From the IMG/VR virus record IMGVR_UViG_3300034073_000569, positions 63,625 through 127,624 of that record: 64,000 nucleotides of DNA; one strand, written 5' to 3'. Positions 7,195 to 16,747 of this stretch are shown here, piece by piece. A program made the position numbers and the translations under genes. Numbering within the stretch: the first letter of the stretch is position 1; every line of letters begins with the position of its first letter. The notes beneath the pieces were generated by a model. The model saw only the letters and a list, made by a program, of their open reading frames with translations. It ran no database searches and was not told the DNA's origin. The DNA comes from a virus.

Positions 7195-7953
7195 GGCAAG
7201 TGGGACACGTGCACATATATTAGGTGTTATACACGCTAGTATATGAATAAGTCCTTGTCCCCACGCCATGTTATTGTGCAAGTCTGACCGACAGAGCTAG
7301 TAAAAGTTGTACAGGTAGCGAAAGGTTGAGCTGGTTTAACAACATGATGAATGGTCCTATGATATATAAACCTTGCAAAAGTTTATATGGAGGTAGTTTA
7401 TCTAGTTATTCAAGTGCTCCCCAAGTGACGTACAACCGTCCGATGTGTCACTATCCTGTTAGTAGCCTTGCACATATCTTATTAACTGATTACAAAAGAC
7501 ACCTAAATCCTCCGGGTTGTGTCAGTTGTAATAGTTAGTGTACAAAGGGTCTGATTTAGAGAGCTAAGTAGCGTATTAACCATAATTACAAGGGCAGTAT
7601 CCGCGAACCCCTTCAGTAATAGAGACGTCTATGAACCAGCAAGTAGCATGATCAGAACAATGTAGATCCATAAGAACTATGGAACCTTTAGATAGACCCT
7701 TTTTTAAAAATATTACTAGGTTGAAGCCAGATATAGGTAATAAAACCGACCCGTGATGCGTCCTATGTAACATAGTTATATAGAGCCGATATAAAGCCGG
7801 ACATCTAGGAGCAGTTAGCTTAATATATGTTATTGGAAGCTACTTATACGTCACGTGTAGCAAAAACAGGATAAACAAACGGTAAATTTTTCCAAGCCTG
7901 AACTTTATTACTAACGAACTAAAGAGATAGGATGAGACACCTATCTCTTTTTT
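7195..7953 (+). ncRNA. candidate large structured ncRNA (~760 nt)
   Basis: No credible ORF. At least eight nested or long-range helices, repeated AGTA/GAA motifs, and a strong 3' terminator (see findings). Confidence 0.7.
7921..7953 (+). terminator. intrinsic terminator
   Basis: AAAGAGATAGG-ATGAGACA-CCTATCTCTTT-TTT. Confidence 0.85.
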
Positions 7954-7965
7954 AATTTAAAGTAT

Positions 7966-8241
7966 ATGGACAAACATTTATTATTAATCTGTAGCTGCTA
8001 TAGCTCAGAACATCAAATGATTATACATCTAGATGAAGGTGGTGATTTATATCCACCTGAAGCTTTTGTACATATTCATTTAGTAAGACGATCTTTTTGG
8101 TACCGTCTTAAGTATGGAATAAAATATATATTTGGATACAAGTCCAGATACGGTGCATGGGACGAATTTATCTTAGATAAAACTCATGCAAAATCTCTTA
8201 GAGAAATAGCTAAACACTTAGATGATGAAACAGTATACTAA
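7966..8241 (+). CDS. hypothetical protein
   Basis: CxC..EH and FWYRLKYGIKYIFG pattern typical of small phage ORFs. Confidence 0.75.
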   Translation: MDKHLLLICSCYSSEHQMIIHLDEGGDLYPPEAFVHIHLVRRSFWYRLKYGIKYIFGYKSRYGAWDEFILDKTHAKSLREIAKHLDDETVY

Positions 8242-8779
8242 ACTACCTATTCCTACTGATTCAGCATGGGATAGATTTAAATGGGGACGTTATGTCCACT
8301 GGCGTATTAGATATTTCTTTCAAGGTGTTAGAAATATAGTAAGATGGATTCCTACACTCTATCATGATAGAGACTGGGACGATTATTATATTACTAAAAT
8401 GCTTCAAAAGAAAATAGAGTTTCAAAGAGCTCATTTAGTATACTGCAATAGACATCTTAATATTGAGAGAGACAACTTCTGGATGACTGTAGTTCTCAAC
8501 TTACTAGAGCGTAAGCATGAATGCTATTACGAGATAGAATATCATGACTATATAAAAATGGGTCCTAACATACCTAGAGAAATTAGATATGAAGGAGTTA
8601 ATGAATATATAGCTAAATATCCAGGAGTTAAAAGACGTGCACTAGCTAAATATAAGAAGTATAAGTACATCCAAGAAAGTGATGCACTATCTATGTTTAT
8701 GGCAAGTGAACGTCAACGTAAATGTGATGCTTTAATATTTGAAATACTTAAACAACATTCTGCTGAATGGTGGGATTAA
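8222..8779 (+). CDS. hypothetical protein
   Basis: DRDWD motif and C-terminal WWD. Confidence 0.8.
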   Translation: MMKQYTKLPIPTDSAWDRFKWGRYVHWRIRYFFQGVRNIVRWIPTLYHDRDWDDYYITKMLQKKIEFQRAHLVYCNRHLNIERDNFWMTVVLNLLERKHECYYEIEYHDYIKMGPNIPREIRYEGVNEYIAKYPGVKRRALAKYKKYKYIQESDALSMFMASERQRKCDALIFEILKQHSAEWWD

Positions 8780-8789
8780 ATAAATTAAT

Positions 8790-9839
8790 ATGAATAACGT
8801 TTGGACAAAATCAGCTAATAACTACGCTATAAAAGAAGTTAGTCAACAACTTCCTCTGTTACCAGTAGGAATATACAAGTATCAATTAGATCAGTATGAA
8901 CAACCGTTTCTTACTCAAATAGCTGATAAGTTTCATTTTCCATATAAGATATATGGTGTAGAACGCTCTTTTATAGATAGAGTGAAGCGTTCATGGACAG
9001 AAACTACAGGTAACTTTGGTGTATTACTTAATGGTGTGAAAGGTACGGGTAAGACTGTTACAGCAGAAATGATCTGTAACGAAATGAACTTACCAGTTAT
9101 CGTCATACCATTTCACCACAAGTCTATTGTGTCTTTCTTAAATGAAATACAACAAGATGTTATTGTGTTTATAGATGAGTTTGAGAAAATCTATGACGGT
9201 TATAATAATTCATTACTTCCTATCATGGATGGTGCATTAAAAACCAAGCATAGATTGATGTTCTTACTTACTACTAATGAATTACGTATAGAGCGTAACT
9301 TGTTACAGCGTCCTAGTCGTATCAGATACGTAAAGACGTTTGAAGACATGACTCTACCAGTAATTATGGAAGTAGTTAACGACACACTCTTACATCCTGA
9401 GCTACGTGAGTGTACAATCAAGATGATTTCAGAACTACCTATCATCACTATGGACTTAGTTAAGTCTATTGTACAAGAAGTAAACATTCATCATGAAGAT
9501 CCTCAGTTGTTTAAGCCAATCTTTAATGTACATGCAGATAGAGATGAACTGTTCAATGTTTCTGCAATGATTGATGGTCAAAAACAAGAGGTGGCTACAT
9601 TTGCTCACGTAAGTCCTAGATATATTGTTGCAAATGCTTCTGTAGGAGAAGAATTCTGTGTAAACTATAGTGAAATAGGTGATATTGTATCTGTAATATC
9701 TGACAGTCAGATTGTTGTAAAACAAACATTCTACAATAAGTTAGAAGATGGTTCTGAAGAAGAAGTAACACAAGATATAATCTATTACTTAGAGAAAGCT
9801 ACCAAAACACATAGATCATTTAACTCTTACGCATTTTAG
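8790..9839 (+). CDS. AAA+ ATPase
   Basis: Walker A GVKGTGKT, Walker B IVFIDEFEK, TTN sensor, RPSRI arginine finger. Confidence 0.9.
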   Translation: MNNVWTKSANNYAIKEVSQQLPLLPVGIYKYQLDQYEQPFLTQIADKFHFPYKIYGVERSFIDRVKRSWTETTGNFGVLLNGVKGTGKTVTAEMICNEMNLPVIVIPFHHKSIVSFLNEIQQDVIVFIDEFEKIYDGYNNSLLPIMDGALKTKHRLMFLLTTNELRIERNLLQRPSRIRYVKTFEDMTLPVIMEVVNDTLLHPELRECTIKMISELPIITMDLVKSIVQEVNIHHEDPQLFKPIFNVHADRDELFNVSAMIDGQKQEVATFAHVSPRYIVANASVGEEFCVNYSEIGDIVSVISDSQIVVKQTFYNKLEDGSEEEVTQDIIYYLEKATKTHRSFNSYAF

Positions 9840-9841
9840 TT

Positions 9842-10381
9842 ATGACACAAGAACAATTTATTGAGATAAAAGGTGAGTATCTAGATAAAATCAAAAAGAT
9901 GATTTTAGAGCTAGGTAATATAGAGCCTCATGTAACGATCATTGGTAATGATTTAGAAGAAGATAAGCCTGCTATTATACATATTCCTCTTCCTGAAAAG
10001 ATAGCTAATTCAGATAATGGCAAACAGTTGTTTGTAGATAAAATGATTCCTGAGATAGCTGTTAAAATAAAAGAAAGATTTGATGTACAAGCAGTTTGTT
10101 TTGCATCTGAAGCATGGATGCGTGAGTCACATAAGGATGACTTTAATCCAGATCAAGATGACTACAAAAAATTACCTATTAGTAAAGAGATTTTAATAGT
10201 TACTATAGACACAGAGACTGAAACAGAAAGTCATGTATATGAGATTATTAGAATGTCAGTTTCTCCTACAGGTGATATAGTAGAAGATATTGAACTTAGG
10301 GACATGCCTGAGCTTAGTCATCAGTATGCCACTAATGAAGGTAGGTTTAGTGGATTATACAAAAAGTTTACTACCGTATAA
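9842..10381 (+). CDS. hypothetical protein
   Basis: 179-aa ORF with FASEAW motif. Confidence 0.8.
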   Translation: MTQEQFIEIKGEYLDKIKKMILELGNIEPHVTIIGNDLEEDKPAIIHIPLPEKIANSDNGKQLFVDKMIPEIAVKIKERFDVQAVCFASEAWMRESHKDDFNPDQDDYKKLPISKEILIVTIDTETETESHVYEIIRMSVSPTGDIVEDIELRDMPELSHQYATNEGRFSGLYKKFTTV

Positions 10382-10391
10382 ATTTATAATT

Positions 10392-10565
10392 ATGATTAAA
10401 TGGTTTAAAAGTTTAGTTACAAACTACAAGAGAGTAAAAGAGTTAGAGACTGAAATAGTAGTTTTAAATGATAAAATCATTGAAAAACAAGATATCATCA
10501 ATAAAACCAATGCATATTGGAAGAAAAAGATGTATCATCAAAATAAAAAAGCTAAAGAGTCATAG
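10392..10565 (+). CDS. small coiled-coil protein
   Basis: Likely start MIKWFKS at 10392. Confidence 0.65.
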   Translation: MIKWFKSLVTNYKRVKELETEIVVLNDKIIEKQDIINKTNAYWKKKMYHQNKKAKES

Positions 10566-10654
10566 CTTATAGCTCTATTATCCGTAGTTTCTGCATATTA
10601 TGTTTGCTAGTTATGCTATATTACTTAGTTTTATGGTAGACTAATCATACTAAA

Positions 10655-10918
10655 ATGCTCTATCAACTACCTAACGGAAGGGTAATAGAAATAAGTACCG
10701 AGCAGTATTTTGAAATGACTGACGAAGAGCTAGAATATTTAATAGCTTATAACTATGGTGATAATTTAGAAGATCCATGGTTTGGTTCAGTAATTCATAA
10801 GAAAACTTCTTCAGCATATGAAGAAGAAACTCCTGAAGTACTACCTGATCTAACTAAGATATCTAACGAAGATAAGATTAGTTATACAGACATTGACTAT
10901 AAGCCTGACGAAGAATAA
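10655..10918 (+). CDS. small acidic hypothetical protein
   Basis: MLYQLPNGRVIEIS, acidic. Confidence 0.8.
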   Translation: MLYQLPNGRVIEISTEQYFEMTDEELEYLIAYNYGDNLEDPWFGSVIHKKTSSAYEEETPEVLPDLTKISNEDKISYTDIDYKPDEE

Positions 10919-10944
10919 CTTTTATTATTTATTTACTTATGTAC

Positions 10945-10974
10945 ACCCCTGGGACACAATCTCAGGGGTTTTTT
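10945..10974 (+). terminator. intrinsic terminator
   Basis: ACCCCTGGGA-CACAA-TCTCAGGGGT-TTTTT. Confidence 0.8.
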
Positions 10975-10997
10975 GTTTATTTTAAAATCAATTTTAC

Positions 10998-11501
10998 ATG
11001 AAACAAAGTAAAGTTAGAGTTACCGCTGATATTAACGGTAACGTAATTGGGGTATCCCAAAACAACCCAGAGTACGGTTATGTACGTGTGGAGCAGTCAG
11101 TAACACAAATTAGTGAGGCTGGTTGGTTAAAACCTGTTAAACGCTCAGCGTTAATTAAGGGTAAAGTAGAAGACTTAGCACAAGCTGGGTTTGTAGAAGG
11201 CCATGAGCTTTCAGGTAAGATTATTGTAAAAGAATCTCTTACACCATTTAATCCTGAGAATCCAGACAAAGACTTAAAGATTGCTGGACAAACAGGCGTA
11301 GTTTGTAGAATAGATGATCAACCAATCTATCGTCAAACATTCTATACTTCTAATCAAGATGCTTATGATGAGTTAATTACTCATGATAATACAACTGAGA
11401 TCCGTGAGGTACAAGTTGCACAGAAAGAGATTACTTCTCTAAAGAACAGTGCTTTAAACGACTTAAGTCGTAAGATCTTAGCTGAAGAAGCTAATTTATA
11501 A
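10998..11501 (+). CDS. hypothetical protein
   Basis: 167-aa ORF between two terminators. Confidence 0.85.
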   Translation: MKQSKVRVTADINGNVIGVSQNNPEYGYVRVEQSVTQISEAGWLKPVKRSALIKGKVEDLAQAGFVEGHELSGKIIVKESLTPFNPENPDKDLKIAGQTGVVCRIDDQPIYRQTFYTSNQDAYDELITHDNTTEIREVQVAQKEITSLKNSALNDLSRKILAEEANL

Positions 11502-11507
11502 CTATAC

Positions 11508-11537
11508 TAAGAGGGCTCAGCAATGAGCTCTCTTTTT
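11508..11537 (+). terminator. intrinsic terminator
   Basis: AAGAGGGCTCA-GCAA-TGAGCTCTCTT-TTT. Confidence 0.8.
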
Positions 11538-11571
11538 ATATACCATTCCATCACAATTATTATGTTTAGCC

Positions 11572-12093
11572 ATGAGCAACCCAAACAAAACAGTTTCAGC
11601 TAACTCCAAAGGCATAGTTGTGTCTTTTGGAGATGTTAACAAGCATAGATTCATCAAGTATGAACCTACTGCTGTTCAACAAATTCAACTTTATGGTACA
11701 GTTAAGTATCAAAAGATTGAACAACCGGGATTTAACCATGTACAAGAAAAGCTTTATTATGAAGCTTTACATGGTTTAAACTTCTATACTACAGAAGAGA
11801 TTAAAGCTATGTCTGTAGAAAAGAAGAGAAGTATTGTTGTATTATATACAAGAGTGCAGAAATTACTTAACAGGTGGAAACAAGAAATTATATGCAAGCA
11901 GGTAGATAATCTACTTATAGCATTATTTCCTAACTCACCTATTGCAAAAACTATGATTGAAAGTGAGTATTATGACAAAGATCTTGAATGTCCATTATCT
12001 CTTAGAGAACTTGGCATTACAAGTGATAAACTCATTGCAGAAAAACTAGTCCAAGGGAAACTATTACCGTATAACTTTTTTAAATTAACTTAA
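11572..12093 (+). CDS. hypothetical protein
   Basis: 173-aa ORF. Confidence 0.8.
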   Translation: MSNPNKTVSANSKGIVVSFGDVNKHRFIKYEPTAVQQIQLYGTVKYQKIEQPGFNHVQEKLYYEALHGLNFYTTEEIKAMSVEKKRSIVVLYTRVQKLLNRWKQEIICKQVDNLLIALFPNSPIAKTMIESEYYDKDLECPLSLRELGITSDKLIAEKLVQGKLLPYNFFKLT

Positions 12094-12100
12094 TTTTATC

Positions 12101-12340
12101 ATGCAGTATACATTTATAATCAATGGAACAGCACAGCTTGTGCTTATTCCAGAAAATGAATTAGACCGTTTACTATTAGAACGTACACTTGAAGGAGGTG
12201 GGTCTATAGAGGTAGAAAAAATCTCACAACCTGTGAGTATTTTAGGCAAACCAGTGACGGATAGTGTTGTTTTAAAACGTAAATTGCACTCTAGTCAAAC
12301 ATTTTTAAATACTAAAGATAGTGATACAAGCGAAACTTAA
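12101..12340 (+). CDS. hypothetical protein
   Basis: ORF in operon. Confidence 0.7.
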   Translation: MQYTFIINGTAQLVLIPENELDRLLLERTLEGGGSIEVEKISQPVSILGKPVTDSVVLKRKLHSSQTFLNTKDSDTSET

Positions 12341-12704
12341 ACAGTGTGCTGGTTGCAACCAAATGAAACACATATGGAAGTCTCACGGGAAAGATAAATA
12401 CTGCAAGGAATGCTGGTATAGTATTGAGAAACCAAAGTCTATAGCTCCCATATCTAAAAAGATGCGGGAGACTGTAGACCAGTATACTAAAATACGTACA
12501 GCATACCTTGTAGTCAATCCTTCTTGTAAAGCAAACCTTGTAGGATGTACAAGTACAGCTACAGAAGTGCACCATAAAGCAGGTAGAGGTGAAAACCATC
12601 TACGCATAGCTACATGGTTACCTGTATGTAGAAACTGTCATACTTGGATAGAACTTCATCCTGTAGAAGCAAAAGAACTTGGACTATCAGAAAACAGATT
12701 ATAA
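12321..12704 (+). CDS. HNH endonuclease with N-terminal Zn finger
   Basis: CAGC..CKEC and ATEVHHKAGR...VCRNCHTWIE. Confidence 0.8.
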   Translation: MIQAKLKQCAGCNQMKHIWKSHGKDKYCKECWYSIEKPKSIAPISKKMRETVDQYTKIRTAYLVVNPSCKANLVGCTSTATEVHHKAGRGENHLRIATWLPVCRNCHTWIELHPVEAKELGLSENRL

Positions 12705-12720
12705 CCAAAACAAATAACCT

Positions 12721-13089
12721 ATGGACTCACGAGATTATCTTTTCAATGAAATTGGTGGTAAAATTAGTATGAGACTTTTTAATCAATTATACGTGTTAAC
12801 AAGAGAGTATCCTACTAAAGATGAAATTCATAAAATAACTGCAGAGGTATTATTAAAACGTAAAGGCATTGGTAAAGTAGGAGTTAATGAATTTTATAAG
12901 GTTGTTTTAAATAAAAAACCACCTTTTAAATTAATTTCAAACATTAATTTAATAGACGAGGATAAAGTATATAATAATATAGAAACAGCAATCATACGTT
13001 GGAATATTGATGGTACTAAAACAGCAGGTGATTTAACAAGAGAGATTATAGCAATCTTTAAAGAGCAAGAAAATGGCAGAATTAAGTAA
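12721..13089 (+). CDS. hypothetical protein
   Basis: ORF in operon. Confidence 0.75.
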   Translation: MDSRDYLFNEIGGKISMRLFNQLYVLTREYPTKDEIHKITAEVLLKRKGIGKVGVNEFYKVVLNKKPPFKLISNINLIDEDKVYNNIETAIIRWNIDGTKTAGDLTREIIAIFKEQENGRIK

Positions 13090-13282
13090 ACAAGATGTAG
13101 TTAACGATCAATACTACATTTCTACTACAGCTTCTCTTAGTGGGGAAGGTAAGTATCTAAGTACCGTGTTTGGCTACCACAATAAAAAAATTATGTGGTC
13201 CAAAGTGTATAAACAAGTGTATTATGCTACTGTAAAAGAAGCAGAAGAAGGTCATAAAGAGCTTAAAAAACAATATTCATAA
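13073..13282 (+). CDS. hypothetical protein
   Basis: ISTT...YATVKEAEEGH, same pattern as 40160..40501. Confidence 0.7.
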   Translation: MAELSKQDVVNDQYYISTTASLSGEGKYLSTVFGYHNKKIMWSKVYKQVYYATVKEAEEGHKELKKQYS

Positions 13283-13527
13283 TGGAAAAAGTAAACAGAA
13301 GAAGTCTATCAGGTATTTATATCTTTCACAAGTTTGATGAAGATGAGCGTAGAGAGCCAACAACCTTTGAAGATTGTCCTGAAGAAAAGCAGGATGAGTG
13401 GTTAAACAATTTAGATCCAGAAGCAGTAAAGACTTTAGCTAAGCAATTAGGTAGAGTTTTACGCATGATAGGAGATCAATTTGGTATTATGCAGAAAGAA
13501 GCCCCTGAAGATGATGAAATAAATTAA
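13282..13527 (+). CDS. hypothetical protein
   Basis: Translationally coupled ORF. Confidence 0.75.
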   Translation: MEKVNRRSLSGIYIFHKFDEDERREPTTFEDCPEEKQDEWLNNLDPEAVKTLAKQLGRVLRMIGDQFGIMQKEAPEDDEIN

Positions 13528-13537
13528 ACTAAATAGT

Positions 13538-13819
13538 ATGGAAAACTGGCAAGAGACAAGAGATAAGTACAGAAATGCTGTAGTTCATTTCTTAAACAGA
13601 TATAATAAAGAAGTATCTGAACACATTATAGATGTTATGATATCTGTAATGATGACTAGAGATAAAGTTTTACAAGGTGGAAGCTTTGTACAAGCAGTAG
13701 TAGATAACAATCTAAGAGACGCTATTAGTAGAGCTGATAATGATTGTAGTAATAACTTAAAAATCATTACTATTTGTTGTCACAACTGCTATGTAGAAAC
13801 TGAAATGATGTATGTCTAA
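13538..13819 (+). CDS. hypothetical protein
   Basis: GGSFVQAVVDNNLRDAISRAD motif. Confidence 0.75.
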   Translation: MENWQETRDKYRNAVVHFLNRYNKEVSEHIIDVMISVMMTRDKVLQGGSFVQAVVDNNLRDAISRADNDCSNNLKIITICCHNCYVETEMMYV

Positions 13820-14933
13820 AAGAGATGAAATCCAGCAAGAAGCTCTTGATATAGCTACGTCAAACAAACGTTGTGGCTTAGCTATATCTATGGGTGTTGG
13901 TAAAACCTTAATAGGTTTGCAATATATAGATTTCTTTCAGCAAGCTAATATGCAAAAGCTGAGAGTATTAGTTGTAGCACCTAAACTATCTATCTTTGAT
14001 AGTTGGACTACAGATGCAGCTAAGTTTGGTATATCACTAGACAATGCTGAATTTACTACCTATCTTTCTTTAAACAAAAAGAATCCAAGTCATTATGATA
14101 TTCTTGTCTTAGACGAATGTCATAGTCTTCTTACATCTCATCATATCTTCTTATCACAGTTCTCTGGTAGAATACTAGGTCTTACTGGTACTCCACCTAG
14201 ACATCATCAATCTGAAAAAGGTAAGATGGTGCATCAATTCTGTCCTATGCTTTACAAGTATATCACAGATGAAGCTGTTAGTGATGATATTCTAAATGAC
14301 TATAGAATTATAGTACACAAAATGCCTGTATCTAATATTAATAGTTTACCTGTTAATGTAAAAGGTATGCAGTTTTATACTTCAGAGCGGAAAAGTTATG
14401 ATTACTGGACTAAAAGAATTGTATCTGCACAGTCTAAGAAACAAGAACAGATTGCTTCTGTAATGAGAATGCGTGTGCTAATGGACTTTAGAACTAAAGA
14501 AACATATGTAAAGAAGTTACTTGGTGATATAGAAGACAAGTGTATTATATTCTGTAATACACAGGATCAAGCTGATAGAATCTCTAAGCAGTCTTATCAT
14601 TCTAACAATCCAGAATCTGAAGATAACTTACAAGCTTTTAAAGAAGGTAAGATATCTGAGCTATCATGCGTACTTCAGCTTAATGAAGGTATTAACATAC
14701 CAGAACTTAGAGCTGGTATAATTATGCATGCATATGGTAATGAACGCAAGTCTAGTCAAAGATTGGGTCGTCTGTTAAGACTTAATCCTACAGAAACTGC
14801 TTATGTACACATACTATGTTACAAAGATACTGTAGATGAAAGATGGGTAGCAGAAGCTCTTAAGGACTTAGATCCTAGAAAAATTAAGTATTTCGATGTA
14901 AACATATCATCCTATGAATCATCAACCCTTTAA
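13812..14933 (+). CDS. superfamily 2 (DExH) helicase
   Basis: MGVGKT, LDECH, GLTGT, EGINIP, QRLGRLLR motifs. Confidence 0.92.
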   Translation: MSKRDEIQQEALDIATSNKRCGLAISMGVGKTLIGLQYIDFFQQANMQKLRVLVVAPKLSIFDSWTTDAAKFGISLDNAEFTTYLSLNKKNPSHYDILVLDECHSLLTSHHIFLSQFSGRILGLTGTPPRHHQSEKGKMVHQFCPMLYKYITDEAVSDDILNDYRIIVHKMPVSNINSLPVNVKGMQFYTSERKSYDYWTKRIVSAQSKKQEQIASVMRMRVLMDFRTKETYVKKLLGDIEDKCIIFCNTQDQADRISKQSYHSNNPESEDNLQAFKEGKISELSCVLQLNEGINIPELRAGIIMHAYGNERKSSQRLGRLLRLNPTETAYVHILCYKDTVDERWVAEALKDLDPRKIKYFDVNISSYESSTL

Positions 14934-15312
14934 CGGTAAGTTCATTAAAAGAAATGGCAGGCTAGAGTTTTCTAGTTTAGCCATTTCTAAACAACATGAA
15001 CTATTTGTGTCAAACATACCTGATGGTACTATAGTAGAGTTCTTCTTTGAAGTACAACATGATGATGGTACTCTGCCTCAACTGGCTAAACTACATGCAA
15101 TGATAAGAGAATTAGCATTACACGTAGGTGAACCATTTGATAACATGAAGCTGTTGGTAAAAGATAAAGCTGGACTATGTCTTGCTAGAGAAGTTAGTGG
15201 TAAAGAATATTTCTTAGCCAAAAGCTTTGGTGAATGTTCTAGAGAAGAACTTTCACTTGCTATACAAGCAGCAATAGATATTGGTATCAGTGTTAACTGT
15301 CCAATTGGCTAA
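14914..15312 (+). CDS. NinB/YbcN-like protein (putative)
   Basis: TLPQLAKLHAMIRELA...SFGECSREELSLAI. Confidence 0.5.
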   Translation: MNHQPFNGKFIKRNGRLEFSSLAISKQHELFVSNIPDGTIVEFFFEVQHDDGTLPQLAKLHAMIRELALHVGEPFDNMKLLVKDKAGLCLAREVSGKEYFLAKSFGECSREELSLAIQAAIDIGISVNCPIG

Positions 15313-15571
15313 TATCAGCTTCATAAGTAAAGCCTTGTTCTTCAGCTTTACTCTCAATCTCATTCATTAGAAGCATCATAGTAGATAGATGTTCCATCCA
15401 GTCTAATGTAAGCTCTTCCTTTGCTACAGCTAGTCTTTGAAATTCAGCAAGTTCTTCATCTGTACGTTCATTAACCATATCAACTACAATAGCTTGTATT
15501 TTCTGTATAAAAGCTGAGCCAATAGTTACTTGGATGGCAGCATCCTTCTTGATCATTTTAATATTTGACAT
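15293..15571 (-). CDS. hypothetical protein (lone antisense gene)
   Basis: Likely start MSNIKMIKK at 15571. Fills the gap between plus-strand genes. TACTTTTG -7 box on minus strand at 15594-15601. Confidence 0.75.
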   Translation of the reverse strand: MSNIKMIKKDAAIQVTIGSAFIQKIQAIVVDMVNERTDEELAEFQRLAVAKEELTLDWMEHLSTMMLLMNEIESKAEEQGFTYEADISQLDS

Positions 15572-15610
15572 ACTATCAGGTATTTGTTTTACACAAAAGT
15601 ATAAAAGTTT

Positions 15611-16327
15611 ATGACACAAACAGTAAATTTAGAAGAAATTAAATGTAAGCTTATAGAAAAGCTTACTCCTTCAGGATGGTCCATGAAACTACGTGGTTTC
15701 ATCCAATCTAGTGACTTTGACAAGATACTAGAAACACTCTATGTAGAAAGAGAAGCTGGTAAAAGATTTACTCCTCTCCTTAAACATGTTTTTAGAGCAT
15801 TTGAAGAATGTCCAGAAAAAGACCTTAAGGTTGTAATCATTGGACAGGACCCTTATCCTCATATGAATGTAGCAGATGGTATAGCTTTTAGCTGTGGTAT
15901 CACACAAAAGCCACAACCTAGCTTAAAATTCATCTTTCAAGAAATAGAACGTACTGTATATCAGGAGTTTCCAACTCACCAAGATCCAGACTTAACTCGT
16001 TGGGCCAACCAAGGCGTGCTGTTAATTAATACAGCTCTAACTTGTGAAATGGATAAAGTGGGGAGTCACTACGATATATGGCATGACTTTATTATGTATT
16101 TACTAGATATGTTAAACCTTACTAACTCAGGTATAATATTCATCTTATTGGGAGCCAAAGCTCAAGAACTAGAGTCTGTCCTTGGACAAAATCACTACAT
16201 TCTTAAAGCATCTCATCCTGCTTCTGCTGTATATAACGGTGGTAAATGGGATTGTAATGATGTCTTTAACAAAGCTAATGAAATTATCCAGGGAAACAAC
16301 GGACCAGAATTTAAAATCAATTGGTAA
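15611..16327 (+). CDS. ung: uracil-DNA glycosylase (family 1)
   Basis: GQDPYP, ADGIAFS, WANQGVLLIN, SHPAS. Confidence 0.95.
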   Translation: MTQTVNLEEIKCKLIEKLTPSGWSMKLRGFIQSSDFDKILETLYVEREAGKRFTPLLKHVFRAFEECPEKDLKVVIIGQDPYPHMNVADGIAFSCGITQKPQPSLKFIFQEIERTVYQEFPTHQDPDLTRWANQGVLLINTALTCEMDKVGSHYDIWHDFIMYLLDMLNLTNSGIIFILLGAKAQELESVLGQNHYILKASHPASAVYNGGKWDCNDVFNKANEIIQGNNGPEFKINW

Positions 16328-16345
16328 ACTTTAAAAATTAACAAA

Positions 16346-16747
16346 ATGGCAGTTAACAAAGTGGAGATCTATGTATCTCAAATTTTAGAAGACCTAGACA
16401 ACGGTCTTACATGGTTAAAGCGTGATGATGTAGGCTATGGATCTATTCAAGATAAATACAACGCTAAAGATCAACAGATTGCTATGATCAGAAAGCATCC
16501 TAAGTTAAAAGATGCTGAGACAAACATTATTGTATTTACCGTAATAGACGACACAAATGGAAGTGAAGATAGAGCTGTACAGCCAACAACAAGTAGAACT
16601 TTGGGAAGCTTATCTGAAAGTGGAACGGAGCTTGAGAACCTTCAAACCGAAACTATCGGACAAGATACAGACGTTCCAGTTGAGACAGAAGACCTTGGAC
16701 GCACACCTGAACTTGCAGACGCAACTGACGCCTTCGCAAACCTCTAA
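16346..16747 (+). CDS. hypothetical protein with acidic tail
   Basis: 133-aa ORF with strong A-rich leader. Confidence 0.75.
   Translation: MAVNKVEIYVSQILEDLDNGLTWLKRDDVGYGSIQDKYNAKDQQIAMIRKHPKLKDAETNIIVFTVIDDTNGSEDRAVQPTTSRTLGSLSESGTELENLQTETIGQDTDVPVETEDLGRTPELADATDAFANL

Noticed and set aside
7326-7773. ORFs 7326..7538 (+) and 7576..7773 (-)
   Set aside because: Short, non-ATG or weak starts and atypical composition. The region is better explained as structured RNA.
7195-7953. Group I/II intron, RNase P or tmRNA identity
   Set aside because: No interrupted host gene, no domain V, P7 or GAGGAAAGUCC signature and no tRNA-like ends were seen. The region ends in a terminator.
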